A DNA stretch of 64,000 nucleotides from Sulfolobales archaeon (GTDB lineage Archaea > Thermoproteota > Thermoprotei_A > Sulfolobales > AG1). The position numbers and the translations under genes are program-made. The notes beneath the pieces were generated by a model. The model saw only the letters and a program-made list of their open reading frames with translations. It was not told the DNA's origin and did no database searches. Below are positions 10,688 to 21,790 of this stretch, in pieces. Numbering within the stretch: position 1 is the stretch's first letter; each line of letters begins with the position of its first letter. The stretch lies in NCBI GenBank assembly GCA_038867615.1, contig JAWBYA010000004.1, forward strand, positions 32,001 to 96,000. Direction: 5' to 3'.

Positions 10688-12080
10688 CAATATCCCCTGG
10701 ATATTTAAATACAGGCCTAGAACCCTCTCGGACTATATTGATCAGGATGAGGCTAAGAACAAACTCATAGAGTGGATCAAGAGATTCCCCAATACAGAGT
10801 ATAAAGCAGTCCTTCTCTACGGCCCCCCAGGGACTGGGAAGACAACCCTTGTTGAGTGCCTAGCAAGGGATCTTGGATACGAGGTTGTCGAGATGAATGC
10901 AAGTGATTTTAGGAGAATGCAGGATATAGAGAGGATAGCCATAGCATCTGCCGACAAGGCCGGTCTCTTTGGGAGGAGAAGGCTTATCCTTCTAGACGAG
11001 GTTGATGGGATAAATGCGAAAGCAGATCTTGGGGGGTTGGAGGCTGTGCTCAGGCTTATAGAGGTCACGAGGGTTCCTGTTATAATGACAGCCAATGACC
11101 CATGGTCGCCTAATCTAAGGCCTTTGAGGAATGTGTCGCTAGCTATAGAGGTTAAGAAGCTCTCTGAGGGTAATGTTGTTAAGCTTTTGAAGAAGATCTG
11201 TCTCTCAGAGAAGATCGAGTGCGATGATGAGGCTCTCAAAGAGATTGCCAGGAGATCTGAGGGGGATCTTAGATCAGCTATAAACGATCTCGAGTCTGTT
11301 GCTAGAGGCGTAAAGAAGATCAGCCTGGACTATGTGAGGGAGGTGCTCGGCTACAGGGATAGGGAGAGGAACCCGTTCGAGACTCTAGGAAGGATCTTTA
11401 GTGCTAGGAGTGCAAGAGCGGCTAAAGCAGCTGCTGGGAGTAGTCAGCTTGATAACGAGATGCTTATGCAGTGGATTAATGAGAACATACCAGCCCAGAT
11501 GCAGGATCCCGAGGATCTATGGAGAGCCTATGAGGCACTCTCAAGAGCTGATGTCTATATGGGTAGGATTGTGAAGACGGGCAACTGGGATCTATTGTCA
11601 TACGCTATAGATCTGATGAGCGCTGGCGTTGCCATGGCTAAGAAGAGTACTGAGAGGAGATGGGTTAGCTATAGGTTTCCCGAGAAGATAAGGCTTATGA
11701 TGAGGACTAAAGAGGCTAGAGGAGTTAGAGATGATATTGCAAGACTGATCGCCTCCCATGACAAGATCTCCACGTCCACTGCTAAGAACCATGTTATACC
11801 ATATCTAATGATAATATTTAGAAACAACCCCACAGAGGCTGCTAAAATAGCTCTTGGGATGAAGATGAGCGACACCATGATCGAATACCTAGCCGGGCCA
11901 AGGGCTAAGGAGGTAATATCGATCGTGAAGGAGCTTGAGAAAAAGATCCCGTCTAGAGAGTCTGTAGAGAAAAAACAAGTCGAGGCAAAAACAGAGTCTA
12001 AGAAGCCAGAGCAACAGCCGAAGACACGTAAGGAGGAGAAGCCCGGCAAGGGGGTAGGGCTGGATAGGTTTATCAAATGA
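10671..12080 (+). CDS. rfcL: Replication factor C large subunit
   Basis: [24 protein letters not shown], low-complexity tail ending in PIP-like LDRF. Confidence 0.96.
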   Translation: MALGSSNIPWIFKYRPRTLSDYIDQDEAKNKLIEWIKRFPNTEYKAVLLYGPPGTGKTTLVECLARDLGYEVVEMNASDFRRMQDIERIAIASADKAGLFGRRRLILLDEVDGINAKADLGGLEAVLRLIEVTRVPVIMTANDPWSPNLRPLRNVSLAIEVKKLSEGNVVKLLKKICLSEKIECDDEALKEIARRSEGDLRSAINDLESVARGVKKISLDYVREVLGYRDRERNPFETLGRIFSARSARAAKAAAGSSQLDNEMLMQWINENIPAQMQDPEDLWRAYEALSRADVYMGRIVKTGNWDLLSYAIDLMSAGVAMAKKSTERRWVSYRFPEKIRLMMRTKEARGVRDDIARLIASHDKISTSTAKNHVIPYLMIIFRNNPTEAAKIALGMKMSDTMIEYLAGPRAKEVISIVKELEKKIPSRESVEKKQVEAKTESKKPEQQPKTRKEEKPGKGVGLDRFIK

Positions 12081-12609
12081 GTCTGCGGCAGAATATCCCA
12101 GACTGATTGTTACGGCAAGGGTTGGTAAGGAGGAGAGGGCTAAAAGAGAGCTTGAAGATCTTCTATATAGGGTTGATCCTCATGTGAGGGTTACCCATAC
12201 GGAGTATAGGGATGTTCTCCTAGTATTCTCAAGAGAGGATAGCGCCAAGATCTTCGAGGAGGTTAGGAGAAGACCCCCATATTCTGTAGCGAGGGCTGTT
12301 AGGATAGATAGGTGCTGTAAAGCCGCTATAGATGATATTGTGAGAACATGCCTAGAGCTTGGGAAAAAACTGCTCTCTAGGAGGGAGAGGTTGAGGGTTG
12401 AGTGTGTAAAAAGAGGTTCGGCGATCGAGAGCTGCAGAGCCGTTGAAATAGCCGTGGGGATATCGATGGAAAAGGCTGGGCTAGCCATAGCAGATCCTAA
12501 GAACCCCTCCAGAGTGATCAAGATAGAGTTGATAGGAGATCTAGCATGTATAGGTATAATCAAGCCGGGTGATGACAAGCTTCATAGGCTCCCAATAACA
12601 CCTCGATAG
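12064..12609 (+). CDS. THUMP-domain RNA-binding protein (Tan1-like); start codon uncertain (ATA 12064 vs GTG 12184)
   Basis: Frame open from 12058: RLIVTARVGKEERAKRELED...VECVKRG...EIAVG...DPKNPSRVIKIELIG. Confidence 0.8.
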   Translation: MGLSNESAAEYPRLIVTARVGKEERAKRELEDLLYRVDPHVRVTHTEYRDVLLVFSREDSAKIFEEVRRRPPYSVARAVRIDRCCKAAIDDIVRTCLELGKKLLSRRERLRVECVKRGSAIESCRAVEIAVGISMEKAGLAIADPKNPSRVIKIELIGDLACIGIIKPGDDKLHRLPITPR

Positions 12610-12916
12610 ATGTGATACAATATTATCTCAAGATCCTTAACACGTTTCCATCTACCCTCAATATCCCTTGTGCTTGTTGTTAGCTTCTTTTTATCAAAGA
12701 GCCTTCATCTAACTCGCAGGGATCTCTTTTTATCTCCGCAGCTCACAGATCACGATATAGTTAAACGATACAAGATCCTGACTGCAGGATTTCTAAGCAG
12801 CTTAAATGTTATGGTGTGGGGAACAGATCAAAGGAAGTGGTAATAACGCCACATAGGATCCTATAGATCGTGGGTGTTCTGTTTATATAGCTGTTGGAAA
12901 CATCTATTGGGGAGCC

Positions 12917-13489
12917 ATGATCTACACGGTTATTCGTGGAGTAATGAGGGTTTCAGGGATCATAGCTTCAGCGATATTCTGGATCTTCACCTTTATATCT
13001 ATAAGCCGCAATACTTGGTTTAATTTCTATAGAGATGCCTTCAGCGATCTGGGAGGATCTCGCGCCAGTGATCCCTGGATCTATAACTACGGGCTTATAG
13101 CGGCATCGATCTTTGTAATTCTCCTCTCCCTTGATATGATACTGATCTCGAGAACAAAGATCGGTGTTGTAGGCGGATCCTACATATCGATCGCCGGGAT
13201 CTTCCTAGCCTTGATAGGGATCTTCCCAGCCGGGACAAGGCCCCACACGTTTGTCTCTACATGGTTCTTTATCCAAGCATTCATAGGTTTTCTTATATAC
13301 GGTTTGGGCGAGTTTAGAAAATACCCGGGCTATCTAGCGACTATCATGGTGATATTTATAGCAGCTCTCTCGGGAGCGATTATGATCAGATGGCCATCTG
13401 CGGCTACCATCGAGGCCTATGAGATCGTCTTACTAACCATAGCTTCTCTAGTGTATATCGCTAAACATAAGCTCCATAATCTTGTGTAA
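12917..13489 (+). CDS. DUF998 family membrane protein
   Basis: WFNFYRDAFSDLG, YNYGLI, LALIGIFP, PHTFVS; about 6 TM segments. Confidence 0.8.
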   Translation: MIYTVIRGVMRVSGIIASAIFWIFTFISISRNTWFNFYRDAFSDLGGSRASDPWIYNYGLIAASIFVILLSLDMILISRTKIGVVGGSYISIAGIFLALIGIFPAGTRPHTFVSTWFFIQAFIGFLIYGLGEFRKYPGYLATIMVIFIAALSGAIMIRWPSAATIEAYEIVLLTIASLVYIAKHKLHNLV

Positions 13490-13620
13490 AAGAGTAACCA
13501 TGAGGCCTAGAACTCTTAGGTGTGTTATGATTATATTTAGAGAGCCATAGCTAATACTCTCACCGAAGGGTTAGGGTTTTGTGGAAAAAGTTGTCTAGAG
13601 GGCTGGTTTTACCAGACGTG

Positions 13621-14901
13621 TTATGACATGACTTTTTCTTCCTCAAGGTGGAAATCGAGAGCGTCGAGCTCGACTCTCCTCTTATCCTTCCAGAACTCTG
13701 GGTCTGAGATCTCTTTTTTATACTCATGCTGGATTATTAGCTTCATAATCTCGTTAGTACCTGTCCAGATCATGCCGAGACGTATATCGCGTAGGAACCT
13801 CTCCACAGGATATACAGTTGTATAGCCTATCCCACCAAGGATCTGCATCGCATTGTTAACCACTCTCCACGCAACCTCGGTTGAGTTCAGCTTAGCCATA
13901 GAGACTAGCTTCCTAACATAGCTAAGAGAAACTTCTCCCCGCTCCATGGAATCAGCAGCCCTAGCTGCAGTATATACAAGCGCTGTAGCGTGAGATATGT
14001 CAGTTATGCTCTCAGCTACCATGAAGCTGATCGCTTCATGCTCTATCAGCGGTTTACCAAAAGCCTTTCTCCTCATAGCATAACTTGCAGCCAGCTCGAT
14101 AGCAGCGCTTGCTACTCCTAGAGACCCTGCAGCTGTCGTAAGACGCTCAGGGATCATCATTCTGTTAAACACCTCATACCCACCGTTAAGATCCCCGATC
14201 AGGTTATCCGCGGGAACCTCAGCGTTTTTGAACACTATCCTCGCAGTACCTCCTCCCCTGGTTCCCATCAACCCATACACTGTTGCTACATGGAGACCAG
14301 GTGTTTCCCGATCTACGATGAACGCGCTGATACCCTTTGTACGCGGAGTTGCCGAAGGATCTGTTATTGCGAAGGTGACGAAGAAGTCGGCCCCTACCCC
14401 TCCTACAATGAATCTTTTCTGCCCGTTGAGGATAAACTTATCCCCCTTCTTCTCTGCCGTTGTTCTCATCATTCCAAAGAGATCCGAACCGCCTGAGGGC
14501 TCTGTAATAGCCTCTGCTCCGTATCTCCTACCACTGGTTATCCCGCGGAGGTATTTTTCCTTCTGCTCTTTGGTTCCAAAACGATATATGGGCTCGCCAA
14601 CAATGGTTCCGAGGGAGTAGATACAGCCCAGCGTATAACCCAGTCTACCCACCTCCTCAACTGCAGCCATATCAGCAACCCAGCTCGCACCACGCCCCCC
14701 ATATTCCCTTGGAAACCGTAGCCCGACTATGCCGGCTTTCGTAACTATGTCGATGAACTCTCTGGGGAATCTAACCTTCTCCAGCTCCATATCCCTGATA
14801 AGCTGGCTGGGGATCTCTTTCACCACTTTTCTTACCTCGTACTTGATCCTCCTCTCCTCCTCGGTTAGAAGGAAATCCTCCATAATATCATCACCCAGCA
14901 A
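13621..14901 (-). CDS. Acyl-CoA dehydrogenase (likely start ATG 14883)
   Basis: ITEPSGGSD, LNGQKRFI, RKAFGKPL, QILGGIGY, IWTGTNEIM. Confidence 0.93.
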   Translation of the reverse strand: MLGDDIMEDFLLTEEERRIKYEVRKVVKEIPSQLIRDMELEKVRFPREFIDIVTKAGIVGLRFPREYGGRGASWVADMAAVEEVGRLGYTLGCIYSLGTIVGEPIYRFGTKEQKEKYLRGITSGRRYGAEAITEPSGGSDLFGMMRTTAEKKGDKFILNGQKRFIVGGVGADFFVTFAITDPSATPRTKGISAFIVDRETPGLHVATVYGLMGTRGGGTARIVFKNAEVPADNLIGDLNGGYEVFNRMMIPERLTTAAGSLGVASAAIELAASYAMRRKAFGKPLIEHEAISFMVAESITDISHATALVYTAARAADSMERGEVSLSYVRKLVSMAKLNSTEVAWRVVNNAMQILGGIGYTTVYPVERFLRDIRLGMIWTGTNEIMKLIIQHEYKKEISDPEFWKDKRRVELDALDFHLEEEKVMS

Positions 14902-15007
14902 CTCTACCCTTCAATGCTTTTTTATCAATCTTCCTCATCCCTGTCATGGGTATGCTGTTAATCCAGCTAAAAACCTGGATAAACCCGATATATAGGCTTC
15001 CTCGCAT

Positions 15008-16741
15008 ATGAGGTTTGGGTGGAATATACTGGGTAAGTGGATTGTTACAGCTGCCTGGCCATATATAAATAGTGTGCTCCACCTAGGCACCATACTGCAC
15101 CTGCTCGGCGCAGATATAATGACTAGGTTTCTCAGGCTCCTCGGCGAGGATGTGGTTTCCGTGTCAGGTTCCGATGAGCATGGAACGCCGATAGAGGTTG
15201 AGGCTAGGAGGAAGAATATAGATCCTAAGAAGCTTACTGACGAGGCTCACGCGTATGTTACGGAGATCCTGAGGAGATGGGGTATAGAGCTGGATAACTA
15301 TTCTAGAACGGAATCGCCTGTCCATAAGAGGTTTGTCAGGGACTTCATGTTAGGGCTTGAGGAGAAGGGCTATATATTCACACAGAAGATGGTTCTACCA
15401 TACTGCGAGAGGGATAAGATCTTTCTCCCAGACAGGTTTATCGAGGGAAAATGCCCCAGGTGTGGATATCCCAATGCTAGGGGTGATCAGTGTGATAGCT
15501 GCGGAGCCCTTCTAGATCCTCTAGATCTTATATCGCCTAGATGTGCTATATGTGGCTCCAAACCTGTTCTTAGAGAGACTACCCACTGGTTCTTCGACCT
15601 AAGGGCGCTTGAGGATAAGGTGAGGAGATGGCTCGAAAACCACGGGGAGCTCTGGGATAATGTGAAGAACTACTCGCTTAGATGGATTAAGGAGGGTCTT
15701 AAACCAAGATCGATTACCAGGGATAATGCTTGGGGTATAGAGGCTCCTTTCAAGGGAGCTGAGGGTAAGACTATATATGTGTGGTTCGAAGCCCTTCTAG
15801 GCTATCTATCAGCCTCGAAGGAGGTTCTTGAGAGGAGTGGTAGGAATTTTGAGGAGTTCTGGTACGATGAGAACACCAAGACGATCTATTTTATTGGGAA
15901 GGATAATATACCATTCCACGCAGTGATCCTGCCTGCAATGCTAATGGCGAGCGACGAGAGATATAGACTACCCAGCATAATATCAGCTACAGAGTATCTC
16001 CTCTACGAAGGGGAGAAGTTCAGCAAGAGTAGAAGGATCGGTTTGTGGGCTGACGAGGCTCTATATATAATAAATGATCCCGATTACTGGAGGTTCGCAC
16101 TAGCGAGAATAAGGCCTGAAGAGAGGGATACTAACTTTAGCTGGAGGGAGTTCATTAAGATCGTTAACTCAGAGCTCAACGACGATATTGGGAACTATAT
16201 CAACAGGGTTCTAACATTTATTGAGAAGCACTTCGACTCAACAATACCAAAGCCTCGAGAGCTAGACAACACGGATCAGGAGTTCATGGATCGTGTGTGG
16301 CTCCACTACTCAGAATATATAGATAGCATGCTCAAAACAAAGATCAAACACGCATCGGAACAGATACTAGAGATAGCTAGAGCAGGGAACCAGTATCTCA
16401 ACAAAAGAGCCCCATGGGATGAGGTTAGAATCGATAGAGAGAGGGCGGGAACCACCATGTATGTCGCTGCAAACACAGTAGCACTCATAGCCCTAACACT
16501 ATACCCATTAACACCTAACGCTGCTAAAAGAATATGGAGAATGCTAGGATACGAAGAACCTTTAGAGAGATCCAGATACCCCTTGCAAAAGAGCTTCATA
16601 ATCCCACCGGGGAGAAAAATAGGAAGAGTAGAACCCCTCTTCAAAAAACTCCCCCACAACTTCATCGAAAGAATAGAAAAGATCATTGTAGAGGCTAGAG
16701 AAAAGGCCCAGAAAGAGAGGCCTGAGTATCTAAGGTTCTGA
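15008..16741 (+). CDS. metG: Methionyl-tRNA synthetase
   Basis: AWPY, HLGT (HIGH), GSDEHGTPI, Zn knuckles, GKDNIPFH, KFSKS. Confidence 0.97.
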   Translation: MRFGWNILGKWIVTAAWPYINSVLHLGTILHLLGADIMTRFLRLLGEDVVSVSGSDEHGTPIEVEARRKNIDPKKLTDEAHAYVTEILRRWGIELDNYSRTESPVHKRFVRDFMLGLEEKGYIFTQKMVLPYCERDKIFLPDRFIEGKCPRCGYPNARGDQCDSCGALLDPLDLISPRCAICGSKPVLRETTHWFFDLRALEDKVRRWLENHGELWDNVKNYSLRWIKEGLKPRSITRDNAWGIEAPFKGAEGKTIYVWFEALLGYLSASKEVLERSGRNFEEFWYDENTKTIYFIGKDNIPFHAVILPAMLMASDERYRLPSIISATEYLLYEGEKFSKSRRIGLWADEALYIINDPDYWRFALARIRPEERDTNFSWREFIKIVNSELNDDIGNYINRVLTFIEKHFDSTIPKPRELDNTDQEFMDRVWLHYSEYIDSMLKTKIKHASEQILEIARAGNQYLNKRAPWDEVRIDRERAGTTMYVAANTVALIALTLYPLTPNAAKRIWRMLGYEEPLERSRYPLQKSFIIPPGRKIGRVEPLFKKLPHNFIERIEKIIVEAREKAQKERPEYLRF

Positions 16742-16939
16742 TCCTTGATGATATTGATATTCGTACAATAAAGAAACAGAGATCCACTTAAACATTAAAA
16801 ACTATCGCAGCATGTAGTTTCTGTTTTCATAAAAAACTATAGCGATTATTTATCAACCATTTTGCAACCCTTAGTTGTCTTATAGCCCGTATTTTAAAAT
16901 TATTATCTTTTTCAGAACTACCAGCTTTTATATCTGTCT

Positions 16940-17653
16940 GTGTATATAGAGGTGAAGAACATGGCTGGGAGCCTCACGGAGGTATTCACAGAGGGTCTTG
17001 AGGTGCTGATTAATACTCTGGAGGGTAACCCATACGCCCTCATACTTCTATTATCAATGATAGGCAACTCCATCCCCTATGCCTCTGTCCCCTACTATTT
17101 AGTTCTACTGGTATATGCTTATCGAGCAAGAGATCCTCTAGAGCTGGCTGCTCTAGCACTCGTATCTGGGGTAGGGGCTACTGTGGGGAAGCTTGTTATC
17201 TATGCGATAGGTAGGGGTGTTTCTAGGGTGATTCCTGAGCGTGATAGGAGGAATGTCGAGCTATTTGGCAGGCTTATAAAGAAATGGGGTTTTCTATTCG
17301 TGCTGGCTGTAACATCAACCCCTATACCTGATGATGTTATACTTATACCAATAGCTTTTGCTGGTTATAGCGTATCGCTTTATTTCATTGCAACCCTTAT
17401 TGGTAAGAGCATAGTGTCTCTCTTAATAGTATTCTTTGGAAGGGGGTTAACACAGATTGCCGAGAGTGCTGGGGTTCCTATATATATACAGCTACCCCTA
17501 TTACTAGCTATATCGGTAACAATCATGATTCTGATCCTAAGGATAGATTGGGCAGGCGTTGTTAGGGAGTATGAATCCAAGGGGATCCAGGGGGCTTTGA
17601 ACGAGATCTACAGAAGCATAGCTATAGTCATTAGGGGTAAGAGGGGTTCTTGA
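16940..17653 (+). CDS. DedA/VTT (SNARE-associated) membrane protein
   Basis: GATVGKLVIYAIGR, TPIPDD, LIGK motifs; hydrophobic. Confidence 0.8.
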   Translation: MYIEVKNMAGSLTEVFTEGLEVLINTLEGNPYALILLLSMIGNSIPYASVPYYLVLLVYAYRARDPLELAALALVSGVGATVGKLVIYAIGRGVSRVIPERDRRNVELFGRLIKKWGFLFVLAVTSTPIPDDVILIPIAFAGYSVSLYFIATLIGKSIVSLLIVFFGRGLTQIAESAGVPIYIQLPLLLAISVTIMILILRIDWAGVVREYESKGIQGALNEIYRSIAIVIRGKRGS

Positions 17654-17722
17654 TATGAGAGACTACGTGATGGTTAGTCATGACCCGGTGTTATCTTGTC
17701 TTAGGATTATGGCTCAGGTTAT

Positions 17723-18130
17723 CTATTGATTCTGTCCCATTCTCCTCTTCCACTGTTCGACAATATCGTATCCATAGATCTCTATGAACATTCTCCTCCC
17801 ATCCTCGGTCATTTTAGTAGGATTCCATGGGGGGTCGTATACAACATCGACATAGACCTCCTTAGCCTCTGGGAGGGCGCTCACCAGGTTTTCGTAAACA
17901 AAGTATGGGAGCTCGGTTGCCACGGGGCACCCCATAGCTGTTAACGTCATCGTTACTGTCACTACTCCTTCGTCATCGACATTTATACCATAGATCAACC
18001 CTAGGTCGTATATGTTTATAGGTATCTCGGGATCGTAGATCTTCTTTAGAGCCTCTATAGCCCTCTCCACAATCTCTTTCTTTTTGTTCTCGTCAAACTT
18101 AGCCAAAACCCTCACCGTTTTTTTAGACAC
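17723..18130 (-). CDS. DUF59/SufT/MIP18 metal-sulfur cluster assembly factor
   Basis: DPEIPINIYDLGLIY, TLTAMGCP, PPWNP. Confidence 0.92.
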   Translation of the reverse strand: MSKKTVRVLAKFDENKKKEIVERAIEALKKIYDPEIPINIYDLGLIYGINVDDEGVVTVTMTLTAMGCPVATELPYFVYENLVSALPEAKEVYVDVVYDPPWNPTKMTEDGRRMFIEIYGYDIVEQWKRRMGQNQ

Positions 18131-18150
18131 TAAGGGGAATATATTCTACT

Positions 18151-18966
18151 TTATGAACATGAACAGCTATCCCAGATCCTTCCTCCAAGGGATCTGAGAT
18201 CCCTTATAATCTCTTCACATACTCGGGCGCACTCGTTTCTCGCATCCTCGATATTATTGGAGGAAGCCATTATGTATATATCGAGCACCGGGCTGCCGAG
18301 CTCGATACCCTTGGGCTGTGTCTTCACATAGATTTTTGGTTTCTCCTTGACAATCTTATTCACTATTCTTGCAGCCACCGACTCCATGACACCTTTGACA
18401 GTTATAGTCACCTCTGAGATCCTTACCTGGCTGGCGTTTCTCAGCATAGGCTCTATACTCTGCTCCCATATAGCCTGCATCTCGCTTGGAACGCCTGGTA
18501 GTGAGACGAATAGCTTGTCGCCCTTCTTAACAAGGATCCCGGGGGCTGTTCCTATAGGGTTTGGTATGGGTTTAGCGCTTTTAGGCATCATAGCCATCTT
18601 GATCCTCTCGGGCGTTAATCCAAGCCCCCTGGCAACGTATTTCTGCCTCACCATCTCGAGAGCCTCCTCGTTAACCACATGCTCCTCGCCTAGGTATTTT
18701 GAGAGGGCTTCTGATGTTATATCGTCATACGTGGGCCCGAGCCCTCCTGTAGTGACGATCAGGTCTGATGAGAATCTATCAGTAGCTATCCTCAGGATCT
18801 CTACTATGAGCTCCATCCTATCGGGTACGGAGGCTGATAGTACCACATCGTATCCAAGCAGTGTTAGCCTCCTCCCGAGATACTGTGAGTTTGTGTTAAG
18901 AACCCTCCCCTGAACCACCTCATTACCTATCGCAAGAACAGATGCTCTGGGCATCATTTGAGACAC
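18151..18966 (-). CDS. CinA-like molybdopterin-binding-domain protein
   Basis: IGNEVVQGRVLNTN, GGLGPTYDDIT, NPIGTAPG, LPGVPSEM. Confidence 0.9.
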   Translation of the reverse strand: MSQMMPRASVLAIGNEVVQGRVLNTNSQYLGRRLTLLGYDVVLSASVPDRMELIVEILRIATDRFSSDLIVTTGGLGPTYDDITSEALSKYLGEEHVVNEEALEMVRQKYVARGLGLTPERIKMAMMPKSAKPIPNPIGTAPGILVKKGDKLFVSLPGVPSEMQAIWEQSIEPMLRNASQVRISEVTITVKGVMESVAARIVNKIVKEKPKIYVKTQPKGIELGSPVLDIYIMASSNNIEDARNECARVCEEIIRDLRSLGGRIWDSCSCS

Positions 18967-18967
18967 C

Positions 18968-20275
18968 CTATACTTTTGACAAGAACGGGATCCTGTAGGA
19001 GCTGGGTACCGATGAGAGATCTATATCGAAGGTGAAGTGAACCCTGGTAAACCTAGATCTTAGCTCGATCACTTGTTTCCTAACCTCGCCAGGATCCCTG
19101 CGGTCTATCAGAACCATTCTAAAGAGCCTGGCAACCTCTCTGAAATCATCCTCTTTCATCCCAAGCCTTGTCATCTCCTGAACACCTGTTCTTATGCCGC
19201 TGGGATCCTTAACGGCCTCAGGCGGGTCGTATGGTAATAGGTTCTTGTTAACAATAATATTGGCTTCCTCGAGAAGCTGTGCAGCCTTAGCCCCTCCCCC
19301 ATTGTTCCTCACATCAACCACCACCTGGTGTGATCTAGTGTAGCCGAGGTGCTCTCCAAGCACCTTGAAGCCTTCTGACGCTAGGGCTTCTGCAAAGGCT
19401 TTTGCGTTTCTAACAATCTGGTCGGCGTAGCTCTCCCCAAAATAGATCATCTCGAGAGCTGTGACCGCTGTTGCAGGGAGTCTGTGTAGATGGTGGTTGC
19501 TCACAAACCACGGGAATATTGTTCTCGCAATAGATTTATAGATCGTCTCGTTATTGGTTAGTATAACCCCACCCTGAGGGCCTGGAAATGTCTTGTGCGT
19601 TGATGCCGTGACCACATCAGCACCGGCTTCGAAGGGATCTCTCCACCTCCTCCCAGCTATTAGTCCGAGCACATGGGCTGCATCATAGATCACGAGGGAG
19701 CCAACGCTATGAGCAGTCTCAGCTATCTCCTTTAACGGGTGGGGGAATAGATACATACTACCCCCCATAACTACAAAGCTAGGCTTAACCTCTTCTACAA
19801 CCCTTCTAGCTTTATCAACATCTATGTTTAGGTTCTCCATATCGAATGGCATCTCTATATGTTCTATCCCGAGAGCTCCTAAGGTACCGAACTTGGTGTG
19901 GCTGACATGTGCTCCAGCCTGGACAGGTGCTACCACAGCTTTACCGCCTGGCTGTGAGAGAGCTCTGAACGTAGCCGCATTGGCTATTGTCCCGCTTATG
20001 GGTCTTGGCTCAACATACTTGACTCTAAAGAGCCTTGACATAAGATTCATTACAAGTTCTTCAACATCATCAACGTATTTCAAGCCCTGATAAAGCCTCC
20101 TCCTAGGTCTTCCCTCGGCGTATCTATGCATCATATCACACATATACACAGCCTCGGCTAGAGGGCTCATAACATTCTCGCTAGGGATCATGTTGAGAGA
20201 ACTCCTTCTCCATGTATTATGCTCAACGGTTAGATCGATAATCCTGCCAAGCTCGTTGGGGATAGGCATACCCAT
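18968..20275 (-). CDS. glyA: Serine hydroxymethyltransferase
   Basis: [32 protein letters not shown] lysine, SGIRTG. Confidence 0.97.
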   Translation of the reverse strand: MGMPIPNELGRIIDLTVEHNTWRRSSLNMIPSENVMSPLAEAVYMCDMMHRYAEGRPRRRLYQGLKYVDDVEELVMNLMSRLFRVKYVEPRPISGTIANAATFRALSQPGGKAVVAPVQAGAHVSHTKFGTLGALGIEHIEMPFDMENLNIDVDKARRVVEEVKPSFVVMGGSMYLFPHPLKEIAETAHSVGSLVIYDAAHVLGLIAGRRWRDPFEAGADVVTASTHKTFPGPQGGVILTNNETIYKSIARTIFPWFVSNHHLHRLPATAVTALEMIYFGESYADQIVRNAKAFAEALASEGFKVLGEHLGYTRSHQVVVDVRNNGGGAKAAQLLEEANIIVNKNLLPYDPPEAVKDPSGIRTGVQEMTRLGMKEDDFREVARLFRMVLIDRRDPGEVRKQVIELRSRFTRVHFTFDIDLSSVPSSYRIPFLSKV

Positions 20276-20623
20276 ATAGAAAACCCTAGATAGAGATTCA
20301 GGCGAAAAATATATCTTTCGATAACACGTACTCCACAGACCCAAGGCCTTAGCCAGATTAGCTAGATCCTCGCTGTCTAGCTAAATCATAATCAAGGCTG
20401 TTTAATTATCGATACGCACAGGGTTTGAGAAGTTATATATCGCACAGTCTAGTAGGGTTTTACCGAAGCAGTCCTAAAGATGGGATTGAGGATCGTTTAT
20501 GCAAGGGCTTTCTGGAGGGTGTTTATACTTTTTTATTCTAGATCGGTTTTTACAGATGTTTCCCAACAATGTTAGAGATCTTAAGGATCGCTGAGTCCTT
20601 ATGACAAGCTCAGGCGACAGTGG

Positions 20624-20839
20624 TTAAGAGCCTATTTTTATAGCGTATCTCCCCGGCTTTGTTATGCCGAGGCTTTTCGCTATTTGTGACCCTTCCGGGT
20701 CTATTATTATCACCATACCGCTCCATTCTTCGCTAAACTCCGACGAGCCGCAGATGCTGCATACGGTTGCTTCGAGCGGTGCCAACGCCTTACACTTCTT
20801 GCATGCCTTGAATACCCCTTTCTTCCGCTGTTTGCTCAC
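20624..20839 (-). CDS. spt4: Transcription elongation factor Spt4 (RpoE'')
   Basis: ACKKC..CSICGS, WSGMVII, PGRYAIK; directly follows rpoE'. Confidence 0.95.
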   Translation of the reverse strand: MSKQRKKGVFKACKKCKALAPLEATVCSICGSSEFSEEWSGMVIIIDPEGSQIAKSLGITKPGRYAIKIGS

Positions 20840-21384
20840 TGCTCACCACCGATCCATTCTAGTTTGCCTAGGTTAGGCTGTCTCATTGTCATGGCTATCC
20901 TGGGGGGTCCTGCTGCTTGGTAAGATATATTTGTTATCCTACCCCTAACCTTATCCCCCACGGCTACCTGCCTCCTATTCCTATCACCAACAATGGCTTT
21001 TAATGCATCGTTATACTCTATATCATCGGAATCCATAACCTGGGATATGTGGACAAAGGCGTCAAGGGGGCCTATGTTTACGAAGAGGCCTATGTTCCTA
21101 GCATCCTTAACAACCCCCTCAACAACCTCATGCATAACTGGTATGTAGCTTAGGATCTTGAACCTGGCTTCGTGATACGTGGAACCATCACCGGGTAGCA
21201 CTATGCCCAGATCGCTGACCTTCACATCATAGACGAGGATTATTATCCCCAGATCCTTATCAAACTTAGCCTCATATTTCTCTCTCAGATGCTCCTCGGC
21301 AACAGCCTCGAGAGGCTCTCCAAACCTGCTTGGAGGGATCTTCACATAATCAGTAACCTCATAGACCCTATACGTTGTGATCAC
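20836..21384 (-). CDS. rpo7: DNA-directed RNA polymerase subunit Rpo7 (E')
   Basis: IPPSRFG, PGDGSTY, S1 domain (FVHISQV), TMRQPNLGK. Confidence 0.96.
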   Translation of the reverse strand: MITTYRVYEVTDYVKIPPSRFGEPLEAVAEEHLREKYEAKFDKDLGIIILVYDVKVSDLGIVLPGDGSTYHEARFKILSYIPVMHEVVEGVVKDARNIGLFVNIGPLDAFVHISQVMDSDDIEYNDALKAIVGDRNRRQVAVGDKVRGRITNISYQAAGPPRIAMTMRQPNLGKLEWIGGEQ

Positions 21385-21752
21385 CCCCTAGCAAGAAGAG
21401 ACCAACCATCAACACTAAAAACCCGAGCCATATTCTTCCATACTACTAAGCTTAAAAATGCTTTAAATATTATGCGTTGGGCTGGGCTTTGGTCTTAATT
21501 TAGTTGATATGCTTGGCACCAACCACTCGGTCGATGGCTTCACAAACCTTGGCTCTATCGCTGGAACACTTATCAATGGATTCTACACATTTAAGTCACC
21601 TTATCTACAGCTCCATAGTTAGCGATATGGATCCTTGGAGTGACGCGGCAAGCTGTTATGAAGATCGAGTACTCAATGTCGAGTACCATTGAGGTGTGCG
21701 AGCCCCTAAGGGCATATCTTTGCATAAAGGGTTAGCTGATATAATGCTACTT

Positions 21753-21773
21753 GTAACACTTTTAATGTGATAC
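21753..21773 (+). promoter_or_regulatory. TATA-like element of glgA flanked by an imperfect palindrome
   Basis: GTAACAC-TTTTAAT-GTGATAC; AT core lies 25-31 nt upstream of GTG 21791. Confidence 0.45.
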
Positions 21774-21790
21774 CCCGGGCGGTGTAATCG

